Source of the DNA: a virus
Direction: 5' to 3' (one strand)
DNA length: 64,000 nucleotides
IMG/VR virus record: IMGVR_UViG_3300028025_005797
Location: 32,001 to 96,000 of that record
Shown: positions 23,721 through 32,246 of the stretch, one piece after another
Layout of the letters: every line of letters starts with the position of its first letter
Position numbering within the stretch: the stretch's first letter is position 1
Notes under the pieces: generated by a model
What the model saw: the letters and a program-made list of their open reading frames with translations, nothing else
Databases searched by the model: none
Told to the model about the DNA's origin: nothing
Translations under genes and position numbers: made by a program

Positions 23721-24518
23721 TTAGAATTGTAAACCAGCGTCTTTTCTTAGGTTTGGCATCCAGATCCTAGAGTCTCCATCCACTGGAATTGGGCTTCCAT
23801 TTTCTGGAGTACCATAAGAAATTGCAGATAGATATGCAATTCTCTTACCCTTTGTAACTGGGTACACTTCATGAGTTCCTACATAATTTGTAGGATATAT
23901 GGCTATAGTTCCAGCTTTGGGTACGTGTGTATATTTTGCGTGTTTAAAGAATATATTACCGCCAATGAAATTTGTTCCATCTAGCTCTTCTTCTGATTCA
24001 ACGCCATCGTTAAGATATATATTTATACTTACATTACCATGTTTTGGATATTCGTTATTTGGAGGTTTACCATATTCATACGGTATTTGATCATCGCAAT
24101 GTTGACCTATGCCTTGGCCATTTGCATATGTAGCTATATGACCTGCAGATCTCCACCAGCAGACTGTAGATGCTTCTGTGTATATTTTACAGTATTCAAC
24201 TAATGACTTGTATGCTAAATCTTCTAAATCATGAATTAGCTGCTGTTGTTCTTCTGTTGGTTTTCTGTCTGAAAGTTTACATAATGGATCTACGAATCTT
24301 TCTGGAGCCATAGATATCGAATCTACATCAAACTTAAAACCAGTTTTATTTAAAGCGTAGCGCTTTCCACCTTCTTCTATATAAGTAAAAGTATCTTCCT
24401 CTTGTTGTTTGAGCCAAGCTATGTAATTATGTAAAAATTCCTGATCAATATCAAAAGCGTCTTCTATTATACACAGGCCAGCTCCTATGTCTTTTGCTTT
24501 AAAATCTTTTATAATCAT
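23721..24518 (-). CDS. 2OG-Fe(II) oxygenase (prolyl-4-hydroxylase-like)
   Basis: HCD...IYLND...GG...HEV...GKR: HxD..H facial triad and 2OG-binding Arg. Confidence 0.85.
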   Translation of the reverse strand: MIIKDFKAKDIGAGLCIIEDAFDIDQEFLHNYIAWLKQQEEDTFTYIEEGGKRYALNKTGFKFDVDSISMAPERFVDPLCKLSDRKPTEEQQQLIHDLEDLAYKSLVEYCKIYTEASTVCWWRSAGHIATYANGQGIGQHCDDQIPYEYGKPPNNEYPKHGNVSINIYLNDGVESEEELDGTNFIGGNIFFKHAKYTHVPKAGTIAIYPTNYVGTHEVYPVTKGKRIAYLSAISYGTPENGSPIPVDGDSRIWMPNLRKDAGLQF

Positions 24519-24519
24519 A

Positions 24520-25401
24520 TTAGTAATTTGATCTTGTTATATTAAATTGATCAGAAGATTGGTTATAGCCGTTATCTAAAAGATATTTTCTATAGTCCGA
24601 AGTTAGGGTGGGCATATATAGGTTAGTTGCCGTTTTTGCTAATTCTATTTCTTTATTTGGATCAACAACAGATTCATTAACTTCTTTATTTGGGGTTCCG
24701 TGACTATACCAACCAAGATAAGAGTATCTCTCCCCTTCTCCAACTGGTTTAACTTCATGAGCTGCCATAAAATTTGATGGAAAAAATAATAAATCACCTT
24801 TTTTAGGTTTCACATCTATATCTAGATAATTGAAATAATGATGACCGCCAGTAAAATTTGTTCCATCTAATTCTTCTTCTGCATCGACAGATGACGTAAG
24901 ATAGAAAACATTACTAATAACATTTCTAGTTGCCAGCTGATCTTTTGGAGTCCAAATATCATAAATGTAATCAGCACTTACATCAGAATGACTACCTAAA
25001 TAAACGCCTTTTTTATACTGGACTATATGACCCTTAACCTTCCACCAAACACATTTATAAGCGAGAGGGAAAAGTTCAAAATACTTAAACAAGTATTGAT
25101 CTTTTGATTCTTCAACAAAATCAAATATCTTTTTTATTTTTTCATCACCATACCTATGTATGGCAGAACCCCTGCCTGGCATGCTGTCGACGCTTTCCTT
25201 TTGAAAAAAATATCCACTTTTATTTAGATAGATTTCATCACCAGTTTCCGGATCGACTGTTGGCGTGTACATATCTTCTTTTTCTTTATTAATTGCATCT
25301 CTACTAAATTCTCTAACATAATCCCAATCTAGATCTATGGCTGATTCAAAAAGAACAACTCCGCCACCAAGGTGTTTCGCTTTAACATTGTTATTTATCA
25401 T
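24520..25401 (-). CDS. 2OG-Fe(II) oxygenase (prolyl-4-hydroxylase-like)
   Basis: HSD...FTGG...FPSNFMAAHEV...GERYS; start moved to ATG 25401 to avoid overlap with the upstream gene. Confidence 0.85.
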   Translation of the reverse strand: MINNNVKAKHLGGGVVLFESAIDLDWDYVREFSRDAINKEKEDMYTPTVDPETGDEIYLNKSGYFFQKESVDSMPGRGSAIHRYGDEKIKKIFDFVEESKDQYLFKYFELFPLAYKCVWWKVKGHIVQYKKGVYLGSHSDVSADYIYDIWTPKDQLATRNVISNVFYLTSSVDAEEELDGTNFTGGHHYFNYLDIDVKPKKGDLLFFPSNFMAAHEVKPVGEGERYSYLGWYSHGTPNKEVNESVVDPNKEIELAKTATNLYMPTLTSDYRKYLLDNGYNQSSDQFNITRSNY

Positions 25402-25408
25402 ATGATAT

Positions 25409-26548
25409 CTACACCTTTTGTGGAGTAGTTCCACATGGTCCTTCTGGTAAATCTTCATTTGCTGATACTTCTTCTTGATTTGATTCAACTAACCTATCTT
25501 GAGAAGAGTCTAGTTCTACTGCCTCGTGACTCTGATTATACTGAGCAACGTTTCTACCCTGATAAATTGGATTCCAACCTGGCTCTACACCAAGTTTTGT
25601 CGAATTAGCATCGTCATATCTAGAATGTGGAGACTTGCAATACATCTCATAATCGTCATATATATTATTTAACCAAACAGGTGGACACCACTCAAAGCTT
25701 GCTTCTGGTTCAGCTATTCTAATATTTGCCGGAACATCGTCTGCGCCTTGTCCAAAGAATGTAAGATAGCTATATCTTACCCCCTTACCCATTCTTTCCA
25801 CATTGTGAGAGGCTACATAATTTGTAGGAAAGAATATTATATCGCCCCTTTTTGGTTTGTACTTTATACCCAAGTGCACAAATTGGAGTGCTCCGCCAGT
25901 AAAGTTTCTTCCGTTTAACTCTTCTTCTGTTTCTACGCAGTCATTTAGATATATCAAAGCACCACATGTTTGACGCGATGCAACCATACCTCTTGGCATG
26001 TATCTGATTCCATTGGTTACTTTATAATTTGTATCGTTATCGGCATGCGTTCCGAGAATTCCATTATCGCCATATCTAAGTATGTGACCCCTAGTTTTCC
26101 ACCATATACTTCCAAGCATTAATGGGTAATAGTCGATATATTTTAAAAGACTTTTATATATTTGCTCTTCAAGGTAAATGAAAAATTCTTTAACTTCTTC
26201 TGGAGTGCTAGGATTTACTGGTTGAAGCAGTCTGACTGGAGTTCCTGGTATCTCTTCTAGTTTATACCTAAATCCATCTTCATTAATTCCATATTCTATA
26301 CCATCTTCTCCTGTTATATAATTCCATCTAGTCTTGTGTGCTTCTGCCGCATTTTGATCTATATAATCAAGAACTAACGATTGATCCATATTAAATGCGT
26401 TTCTGAAAACAACAATACCAGCACCTAATTCTTCTGATTCTATTGCACCAATCTCATCAATTATTTGCTTGTCAATAACTGGAGATACGGGAAATGGTTC
26501 AGTGCTTAAGTTTTGTGATTGATTATTAATTTCATCTAAATATGACAT
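25409..26548 (-). CDS. 2OG-Fe(II) oxygenase (prolyl-4-hydroxylase-like)
   Basis: HAD...IYLND...FTGG...FPTNYVASHNV...GVRYS. Confidence 0.85.
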   Translation of the reverse strand: MSYLDEINNQSQNLSTEPFPVSPVIDKQIIDEIGAIESEELGAGIVVFRNAFNMDQSLVLDYIDQNAAEAHKTRWNYITGEDGIEYGINEDGFRYKLEEIPGTPVRLLQPVNPSTPEEVKEFFIYLEEQIYKSLLKYIDYYPLMLGSIWWKTRGHILRYGDNGILGTHADNDTNYKVTNGIRYMPRGMVASRQTCGALIYLNDCVETEEELNGRNFTGGALQFVHLGIKYKPKRGDIIFFPTNYVASHNVERMGKGVRYSYLTFFGQGADDVPANIRIAEPEASFEWCPPVWLNNIYDDYEMYCKSPHSRYDDANSTKLGVEPGWNPIYQGRNVAQYNQSHEAVELDSSQDRLVESNQEEVSANEDLPEGPCGTTPQKV

Positions 26549-26555
26549 AAGACTC

Positions 26556-27185
26556 CTATCCTAATAATTCATCTATAGCTTCAGTTATTGTCCATCCTGC
26601 GCCCATAATTCTAGGTTCCTCATCTAATGGACCATCCTGCCAGTTGAATCTACTTACCATAATACCTTCTCTGCTTAATAAAAACTTTTCGTAGTTGTGA
26701 GGTATTCTAGCTATAGCTTGTCCTGCAAGGTTTTGCCCTGCAGTTGCGGCATCAGTTCCATCTGCTGTAGTATCTGAGTATGCTCTTTTTTGAGTTCCCT
26801 TAAGGAAATCATATAGCTCATGTTCATTCTTGCCATTAACTTCTATTTTTTCAGTAATTGGAAAAGTTACAAAAGGATAAGCTTCTTTTATAAATTGTTG
26901 AATTTCAAGATTTTCTTTTGGTTCCATTTTTCCAAATTGATTACAAGGTATTCCGACTACGGAAAAACCTCTATCTTTAAACATGTCGTGAACTTGTTGA
27001 AGTTCCCACAAATATTTACATGTTCTAGCGTACGACCACGTAACGCTACATTGGGGGGTGTAGCCAAGCTTTGATGAGATATTGGCAATCAAAGAAACTT
27101 TACCCTTTAATGAGGACATAACATCGTACTTACTGTCGATTGAAAAAAGTGGGATGTCATAAGCCAGATTATTCATATTTGACAC
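26556..27185 (-). CDS. Glutathione-peroxidase-like protein with atypical active site
   Basis: LKGKVSLIANISSKLGYTPQ, GFSVVGIPCNQFG, FPITEKIEVNG, NYEKFL match the GPx family. Confidence 0.85.
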   Translation of the reverse strand: MSNMNNLAYDIPLFSIDSKYDVMSSLKGKVSLIANISSKLGYTPQCSVTWSYARTCKYLWELQQVHDMFKDRGFSVVGIPCNQFGKMEPKENLEIQQFIKEAYPFVTFPITEKIEVNGKNEHELYDFLKGTQKRAYSDTTADGTDAATAGQNLAGQAIARIPHNYEKFLLSREGIMVSRFNWQDGPLDEEPRIMGAGWTITEAIDELLG

Positions 27186-27471
27186 ACTCTACTGACATAG
27201 TTGAAAATTCTCCAATGGTTAGAACAGCATTAAACTTTTTTTCTTTGGAGTAGTCTTCTGTAAGAAACTCCAAGTTAACCTTAGCTCTCATCGGAGTGTC
27301 TACTAAGGTAGAAAAAATTAATCGTTCTTTCGGACCTGTTCGAGTAAAGTTTACGCTACCTTTTTGATTCACAACCTGTGCCTGCAATACATCATCAATA
27401 GTTTCTATGGTCATATCATATGATTCTTGACCCAGTGGATTAAAAACAGTGGCTTTCCATTTACTTTTCAT
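27169..27471 (-). CDS. Hypothetical protein (probably leaderless)
   Basis: ORF of about 100 aa; TATAAT lies 6 nt before the ATG at 27471. Confidence 0.65.
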   Translation of the reverse strand: MKSKWKATVFNPLGQESYDMTIETIDDVLQAQVVNQKGSVNFTRTGPKERLIFSTLVDTPMRAKVNLEFLTEDYSKEKKFNAVLTIGEFSTMSVECVKYE

Positions 27472-27500
27472 CATTTAATTATACCATAAAATTTACTTGA

Positions 27501-28178
27501 CTATTCATAAAAAAATTGACCAGTTTCTAAAGCTGTTGGAGGACTATCTTTATGCCAAACATTTACAACCATAACCCTTCTAACTCCAGTTACAGGAGCG
27601 GTTGTATTATGTATTATGTGACCTGCATCGAATATTATTAACCTATTGGGATTACAGGCTATTCTTTCTCTTAACTCAATTGGAACTATTAATGGATCTA
27701 TATTTTCCATTTCTAAAGCTTCTTCTGTATTTTCAGAAACTGCAGTTGGATGCAGTTCTAAGAATCCACCTACAACATCATTTGTATGAGGGTAATACAC
27801 GCACCCTATCGCTGGTCCTCTAAATATTTTTTTATCTGCGTAAAGGAAAGTATCTTCATCTACGTGTGTTCCTAAATATTGTCCAGGATTGAATGTCCTT
27901 GTCCAGTACTCAAAACCGCAAACCTCTTCCGTTGAAAAAGGTAAATTATTTTCCCATATTTGTTTTACTACTTTTTTCCTTGGGGTATCTACTGGTGATT
28001 TCCACCAACCATCCCAAAACATGTACGGTGCAAAGCAGTCTGATTTTTCGTCATGGTAACTATTTAACTCGATTGCTATTCTATCTTCATTTCCCATAGA
28101 CGGTGGAAAAAAATCTTTTGTTTCTTCAATTTCTCTTAAAAGAGCTTTATCTTTAATAAAATCATCTAATATAATCAT
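27501..28178 (-). CDS. 2OG-Fe(II) oxygenase
   Basis: GFEYW, HVDEDT, GGFLEL, PNRLIIFD, HNT..V...RRVMVVNVW. Confidence 0.8.
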   Translation of the reverse strand: MIILDDFIKDKALLREIEETKDFFPPSMGNEDRIAIELNSYHDEKSDCFAPYMFWDGWWKSPVDTPRKKVVKQIWENNLPFSTEEVCGFEYWTRTFNPGQYLGTHVDEDTFLYADKKIFRGPAIGCVYYPHTNDVVGGFLELHPTAVSENTEEALEMENIDPLIVPIELRERIACNPNRLIIFDAGHIIHNTTAPVTGVRRVMVVNVWHKDSPPTALETGQFFYE

Positions 28179-28190
28179 AAGTATATAGTA

Positions 28191-28889
28191 CTACAATTTT
28201 ACTGCGTATGTAACAGCTGCTCCTGTTGGGTTATGGTAAACGGCTGAATTGTCAATATTTTTTAGGACTTGATGAACCTGATAAATTTCAGTAAATATAG
28301 ATTCATCTTGATACAGCGAATCCATCCCTGTGTAAAGCATCATGAGAGTTCCGTTTTTGTTTAATCTATTAAAAAAATTAACAGCAATATTAGGATTGTG
28401 AATTACATCATGGAGACTCATACATATGAAATCATAAGTTGGACCTTGATTTGCTTCAATCTCCTGCATTGTTACGGTGTCGTAATTCCATCCATCTGTT
28501 TTTATAAATTGCTCAAATAAATCTAACTGATAGTTATTCAACATTGTTAACTTAGACCTTTTATGCATTAAGTTCGCCAAGCCAGTGTTAAATGCTGGAA
28601 GAGTCATTAGAGTTGTTTCTGGTTTTGCTGTAAGAAAACCAAACTCATGAGTATTGGCCGCATAATAATATGCTGGGTTTACGTTCCAAAAATGAGTATC
28701 CTCACTAAATACATCAAAATACCATATTAGAAAATCCATTCCAACAGCTATTTTTCTTTTATCTAATGATAAAGTTTTAAGATAATTATTTATTTTTTTA
28801 CTCTTAGATATTGAATCTTCAACTGATTCTATATCTACATATTTAATTAACTTAATTAAATTTTCAAAATAATTCATTTCATAGTTCAC
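28191..28889 (-). CDS. Possible degenerate SAM-dependent methyltransferase-fold protein
   Basis: YDFICM...FFNRLNKNGTLMM resembles Rossmann MTase C-terminal motifs; no clear GxGxG. Confidence 0.4.
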   Translation of the reverse strand: MNYEMNYFENLIKLIKYVDIESVEDSISKSKKINNYLKTLSLDKRKIAVGMDFLIWYFDVFSEDTHFWNVNPAYYYAANTHEFGFLTAKPETTLMTLPAFNTGLANLMHKRSKLTMLNNYQLDLFEQFIKTDGWNYDTVTMQEIEANQGPTYDFICMSLHDVIHNPNIAVNFFNRLNKNGTLMMLYTGMDSLYQDESIFTEIYQVHQVLKNIDNSAVYHNPTGAAVTYAVKL

Positions 28890-29172
28890 GACTAATTGCT
28901 CCTAAAGCCAGTTGACGCATAAACCAAAGTCGTCTAATATTTCCTATTAATGAAATTCTTTGATTTTTTAAAAACAAAAAGACTTCATTTTTTCGACCAT
29001 CTAATTCATTAGATTCGATTTCTTTTATTGGAATATCTGTTACTCCTCTAGCTGAGTCTATTAACTCATCTATCGAATATGAATCATACTCATCAATGTT
29101 TAATCCAACAAAACAAACATAGAAAGCTAATTGTTCGTTTATATAATCTAAGTCTTTTTGTGCGTTATACAT
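28879..29172 (-). CDS. Hypothetical protein
   Basis: 97 aa ORF tiled within the operon. Confidence 0.65.
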   Translation of the reverse strand: MYNAQKDLDYINEQLAFYVCFVGLNIDEYDSYSIDELIDSARGVTDIPIKEIESNELDGRKNEVFLFLKNQRISLIGNIRRLWFMRQLALGAISREL

Positions 29173-29379
29173 TTATATTAAATCTTCTATAGTTGGAGAA
29201 AGCGGGAGTATTATATATTTATTTTTATCTGCAAATTCTTTAGTAAGAACATATTCACGAGTAGTGCCTCCATTGGGCATTATTATGTTACCGTCTTCTT
29301 CTGAGTAAGTGGGGACTGAGTCGTCTAGAGCTTCAGTAAACTCATGTATTGGCTCTTCGCTAACTGGCTTGTTGTTCAT
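29173..29379 (-). CDS. Hypothetical protein
   Basis: 68 aa ORF tiled within the operon. Confidence 0.6.
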   Translation of the reverse strand: MNNKPVSEEPIHEFTEALDDSVPTYSEEDGNIIMPNGGTTREYVLTKEFADKNKYIILPLSPTIEDLI

Positions 29380-29560
29380 TTTTGATTAAACTTCTCAATA
29401 TATTTTCTTGAATTTGTTTTGCCTTAAAAGCTTGTTTAGAGATAATCGATTCTTGTGTTTCTTGTTCGTTAAGAAGATAAGAAAGTTTTTCAACAGAATT
29501 AGACAATGAGCTAATAGCCCTACTTCTTATTTTGCTTTTTTGTTCCTGTGTAAAATTCAT
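29360..29560 (-). CDS. Hypothetical protein
   Basis: 66 aa ORF tiled within the operon. Confidence 0.6.
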   Translation of the reverse strand: MNFTQEQKSKIRSRAISSLSNSVEKLSYLLNEQETQESIISKQAFKAKQIQENILRSLIKNEQQAS

Positions 29561-29561
29561 A

Positions 29562-30260
29562 TTAAGGATGAGCTAACTTTGGTAAGCCTTCAAAAGCTGG
29601 ACCAATTCTTTCTCCATTTTCATCTAAACCAGTCTTAATTCCTTTTGTCCAAGTCCAAGGATTCTCTGTATTGTTTTTCATTTTTGCATTTCCGTATGAA
29701 GAGCGCGCATCCATTAGATCTGGCTTATCCCAAAGATTCTCTACAACAATTTCTGTTGATTCAAGTAAGGTATTCGGATAAATAACAAAATGCATTATAG
29801 GCATTCCTTTTGGAAAAAGGACTGGTTCTCCAACTTTTGTTATTTGCCAATTCATATTAAATTCGTCTGGCCACCAATAACTTGGTATTGATGCAGTCAG
29901 TGGAACTGCACCATCAATAAAATAATTAGGTGAACCAGATATCCAAGTGCTATATCCGTCTTCCGTATTAAAAGCCCAACCTGTAGTAAATGACATCATT
30001 CCAATGATGCTTGGGATTGCAATTGGCCTATCATCAAGTTTTTCGCCCTCCAATACTTTGGGAACTGTGTTTCCACCATCCCATTGAACTAGAACATCTT
30101 GTTGAAGAATTAGTTCCCAACCAGTAACATTAGCAACCGTTAAAGGCAGGCATTGATATGCATGCTTATTGTATGTAGCATCCATCCAATCTCTATTAAA
30201 TCGAGATTGCTTTATCTCTGGTGGATTTTGAGTTGTCTTTACTAACGTTAACTTGGTCAT
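29562..30260 (-). CDS. DUF6065-like protein
   Basis: RDWMD...HAYQCLPLTVAN..GW, GSPNY..DG..PL, FNMNW, F.KG.P pattern recalled for DUF6065, which accompanies phage oxygenase clusters. Confidence 0.65.
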   Translation of the reverse strand: MTKLTLVKTTQNPPEIKQSRFNRDWMDATYNKHAYQCLPLTVANVTGWELILQQDVLVQWDGGNTVPKVLEGEKLDDRPIAIPSIIGMMSFTTGWAFNTEDGYSTWISGSPNYFIDGAVPLTASIPSYWWPDEFNMNWQITKVGEPVLFPKGMPIMHFVIYPNTLLESTEIVVENLWDKPDLMDARSSYGNAKMKNNTENPWTWTKGIKTGLDENGERIGPAFEGLPKLAHP

Positions 30261-30264
30261 CTAA

Positions 30265-31014
30265 TTACCTTGGTGGTGCATACATTATTGGCTGTGTGCC
30301 ACCCTTTGATATTCCAACATTTTCAGAAACTTTTGAACCATCTGAAGCATAGCCTATTGGACCTCTATGGTTGTTATCGTTGTAGTCAAACATTGTTACT
30401 GCACTATATTTAATGCCACTAGTAACCTTTAGTGAAGCGTGGGCATAGATATAGGTTGATGGAAATATTAAAATGTCACCTTTTTGTGGCTTGAATGCAA
30501 TATTTAAATAAGGGAACCAAAGCTCTCCGCCTTCATAGTCATCATTGAGATAGGCAATTGATGAGACTGTGCAGGTGTAAGAGAATCCATGATCTGTATG
30601 AACAGCAAAATGCTGATCTGCACCGTATCGAACAAAGTTAATAGCCTCCATATATTCCATTTTGAAATTATATAAAGATTCATAATGAGTTAAGCATTGT
30701 TTGATTGCTTTTTCTGTATCTTCATAACAATTTTTTATTTCTTCAAATTCTGGAGTTAACATTGGCCAATGCATTGGGCTCATTTTTAGATCTACGCAGT
30801 CTCTATATTCTGGCATTTTTTCATTGTAACCGACCAATGCTTCTGACCATTTAAAAAATTCATGGGTGCTATTGCCAATAGTTTTTTCTAGTCTTTCTGG
30901 AATGTTTACATCGTCTGCAAGTGCGCCCCTATAAAGATATATTCCAAGTTTAGCGTTGTCTTCTGGATTTTTGCAAGCTCCTACATGAAAGTATTCCATA
31001 TTATCTCCATTCAT
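30265..31014 (-). CDS. 2OG-Fe(II) oxygenase (prolyl-4-hydroxylase-like)
   Basis: HTDHG, YLNDDYEGGEL.F, FPSTYIYAH...V..G.KYS. Confidence 0.9.
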   Translation of the reverse strand: MNGDNMEYFHVGACKNPEDNAKLGIYLYRGALADDVNIPERLEKTIGNSTHEFFKWSEALVGYNEKMPEYRDCVDLKMSPMHWPMLTPEFEEIKNCYEDTEKAIKQCLTHYESLYNFKMEYMEAINFVRYGADQHFAVHTDHGFSYTCTVSSIAYLNDDYEGGELWFPYLNIAFKPQKGDILIFPSTYIYAHASLKVTSGIKYSAVTMFDYNDNNHRGPIGYASDGSKVSENVGISKGGTQPIMYAPPR

Positions 31015-31066
31015 TTTTAATTTATGATATGATTATTATACCACAACTTCAAGTCTAGGGGTTATT

Positions 31067-31699
31067 ATGTTTAATACAAATGACAAGTCATTAATTCTAC
31101 CAGGACATTTTGGTTCTTCATCTGACAATATAAAAATTATTAAAAATTTTGTTGAATTAGAAGATCTAAAAAAAATACAGTCTTTTCTACCTACAATTAA
31201 TGAATGGATGGATGCAGGAGAAAACACCTATTCCGAGGATGGTACATGTACTTATGATGCTTCTTATTGGTCAAATCGCCAATGTAGTTATGATATCCTA
31301 TCTAGGATTAATTTAGATATTTGCAATTTAGTGGACAAGTATATATTGAAAATGAAATACTTTTTAGAGGATAGCTTTAATGTTAAGCTCTCCGTTAGGC
31401 CACCGGTTATCATTAGATGGTTTCCGGGTCTAGAACAGCAGCCTCATGCAGACAAGCAGCTGAACAATGGTTTACCTAATCCATTCCCCACGTATGATTT
31501 AAATTCACTAATTTATTACAATGATGAATTTGAAGGCGGAGAGCTTTATTATCCACAACATGATATTGTTGTTAAACCAGAACCTGGTCTTGCGGTTGCT
31601 CATCCTGGTGATATTAATTATCTTCATGGCGTCAAAATGGTAACATCTGGAGAAAGATTTACCACACCATCTTTTTACACTATTACTGAATTAATATAA
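31067..31699 (+). CDS. 2OG-Fe(II) oxygenase (prolyl-4-hydroxylase-like); only credible plus-strand gene
   Basis: HADKQ, YYNDEFEGGELY, YLHGV..V.SGERFT. Confidence 0.9.
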   Translation: MFNTNDKSLILPGHFGSSSDNIKIIKNFVELEDLKKIQSFLPTINEWMDAGENTYSEDGTCTYDASYWSNRQCSYDILSRINLDICNLVDKYILKMKYFLEDSFNVKLSVRPPVIIRWFPGLEQQPHADKQLNNGLPNPFPTYDLNSLIYYNDEFEGGELYYPQHDIVVKPEPGLAVAHPGDINYLHGVKMVTSGERFTTPSFYTITELI

Positions 31700-31721
31700 A
31701 TAAATTTATTTCCAATTAGAT

Positions 31722-31750
31722 AACCCACCCTTTTTACGGGGTGGGTTTTT
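31722..31750. terminator. Terminator hairpin between convergent genes
   Basis: AACCCACCC-loop-GGGTGGGTT followed by a T run on the plus strand; lies between the stop of 31067..31699 and the stop of the PPxF gene. Confidence 0.75.
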
Positions 31751-31761
31751 CTATTTATCTA

Positions 31762-32245
31762 TTACTTGAATGCTGGTGGGAAGTAAGGTGGGAAATATGG
31801 TGGGAAGTATGGTGGGAAGAATGGTGGGAAAAACGGTGGGAAATAAGGCGGGAAGAATGGTGGGAAAAACGGTGGGAAATAAGGCGGGAAGAATGGTGGG
31901 AAAAACGGTGGAAAATAAGGCGGGAAGAATGGTGGAAAAAACGGTGGGAAATAAGGCGGGAAGAAAGGTGGAAAGAATGGAGGAAAGTAAGGACTATTAA
32001 TAACGTAGTCTATAGCTGTACCAAGTGGTACAACAGTTGTGTCAGTAAGCGCTGTTGCTACTGTATCTAATGTAGTTCCAGTATTTACTGTATTAGCAGC
32101 ACCAGGTACTGCGGTTACGTTTCCAACTGTAAATCCAACACTAGTTATAGCTGTATTAGCGTCAGCTTTAGCGGTTCCGTGCAGCTATAGTAGGTTTAGC
32201 TCTTTTTCTTTTAGACTTTGGACCTTCGCTATTATTTATAGCCAT
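31762..32245 (-). CDS. PASTA-like domain plus (PPxF)n repeat protein, about 160 aa, absent from the ORF track; +1 CGG shift at codon 23
   Basis: MAINNSEGPKSKRKRAKPTIAA, GCA C GGA ACC (32176-32179), TAKADANTAITSVGFTVG...AIDYVINSPYF(PPFFPPFFPPYF)x5 PPYFPPYFPPAFK*; starts 1 nt after the fibre stop. Confidence 0.85.
31768..31995 (-). repeat. Coding 12-nt tandem repeat, 19 units, encoding SPYF plus 18 PPxF, with a 36-nt higher-order period
   Basis: Plus-strand units such as gaa gaa tgg tgg / gaa aaa cgg tgg / gaa ata agg cgg; variation is mostly synonymous in the minus-strand frame. Confidence 0.95.
32176..32179 (-). other. +1 recoding site GCA CGG A
   Basis: CGG AAC CGC TAA in the 0 frame; +1 frame gives the PPxF protein. 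Confidence 0.85.
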
Positions 32246-32246
32246 A

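Noticed and set aside
25402-25488. N-terminal 29 aa of ORF 24520..25488
   Set aside because: Overlaps the upstream gene; the paralog alignment starts at MINNNVKAKH (25401).
26556-27185. Selenocysteine in the GPx-like gene
   Set aside because: No in-frame TGA; the catalytic position is a CTT codon.
31741-32070. Plus-strand Trp-rich ORF and the overlapping MVGR/KTVG repeat ORF; also a possible CRISPR array
   Set aside because: These are antisense shadows of the PPxF repeat, whose variation is mostly synonymous in the minus frame. The units are 12 nt with no unique spacers, so this is not CRISPR.
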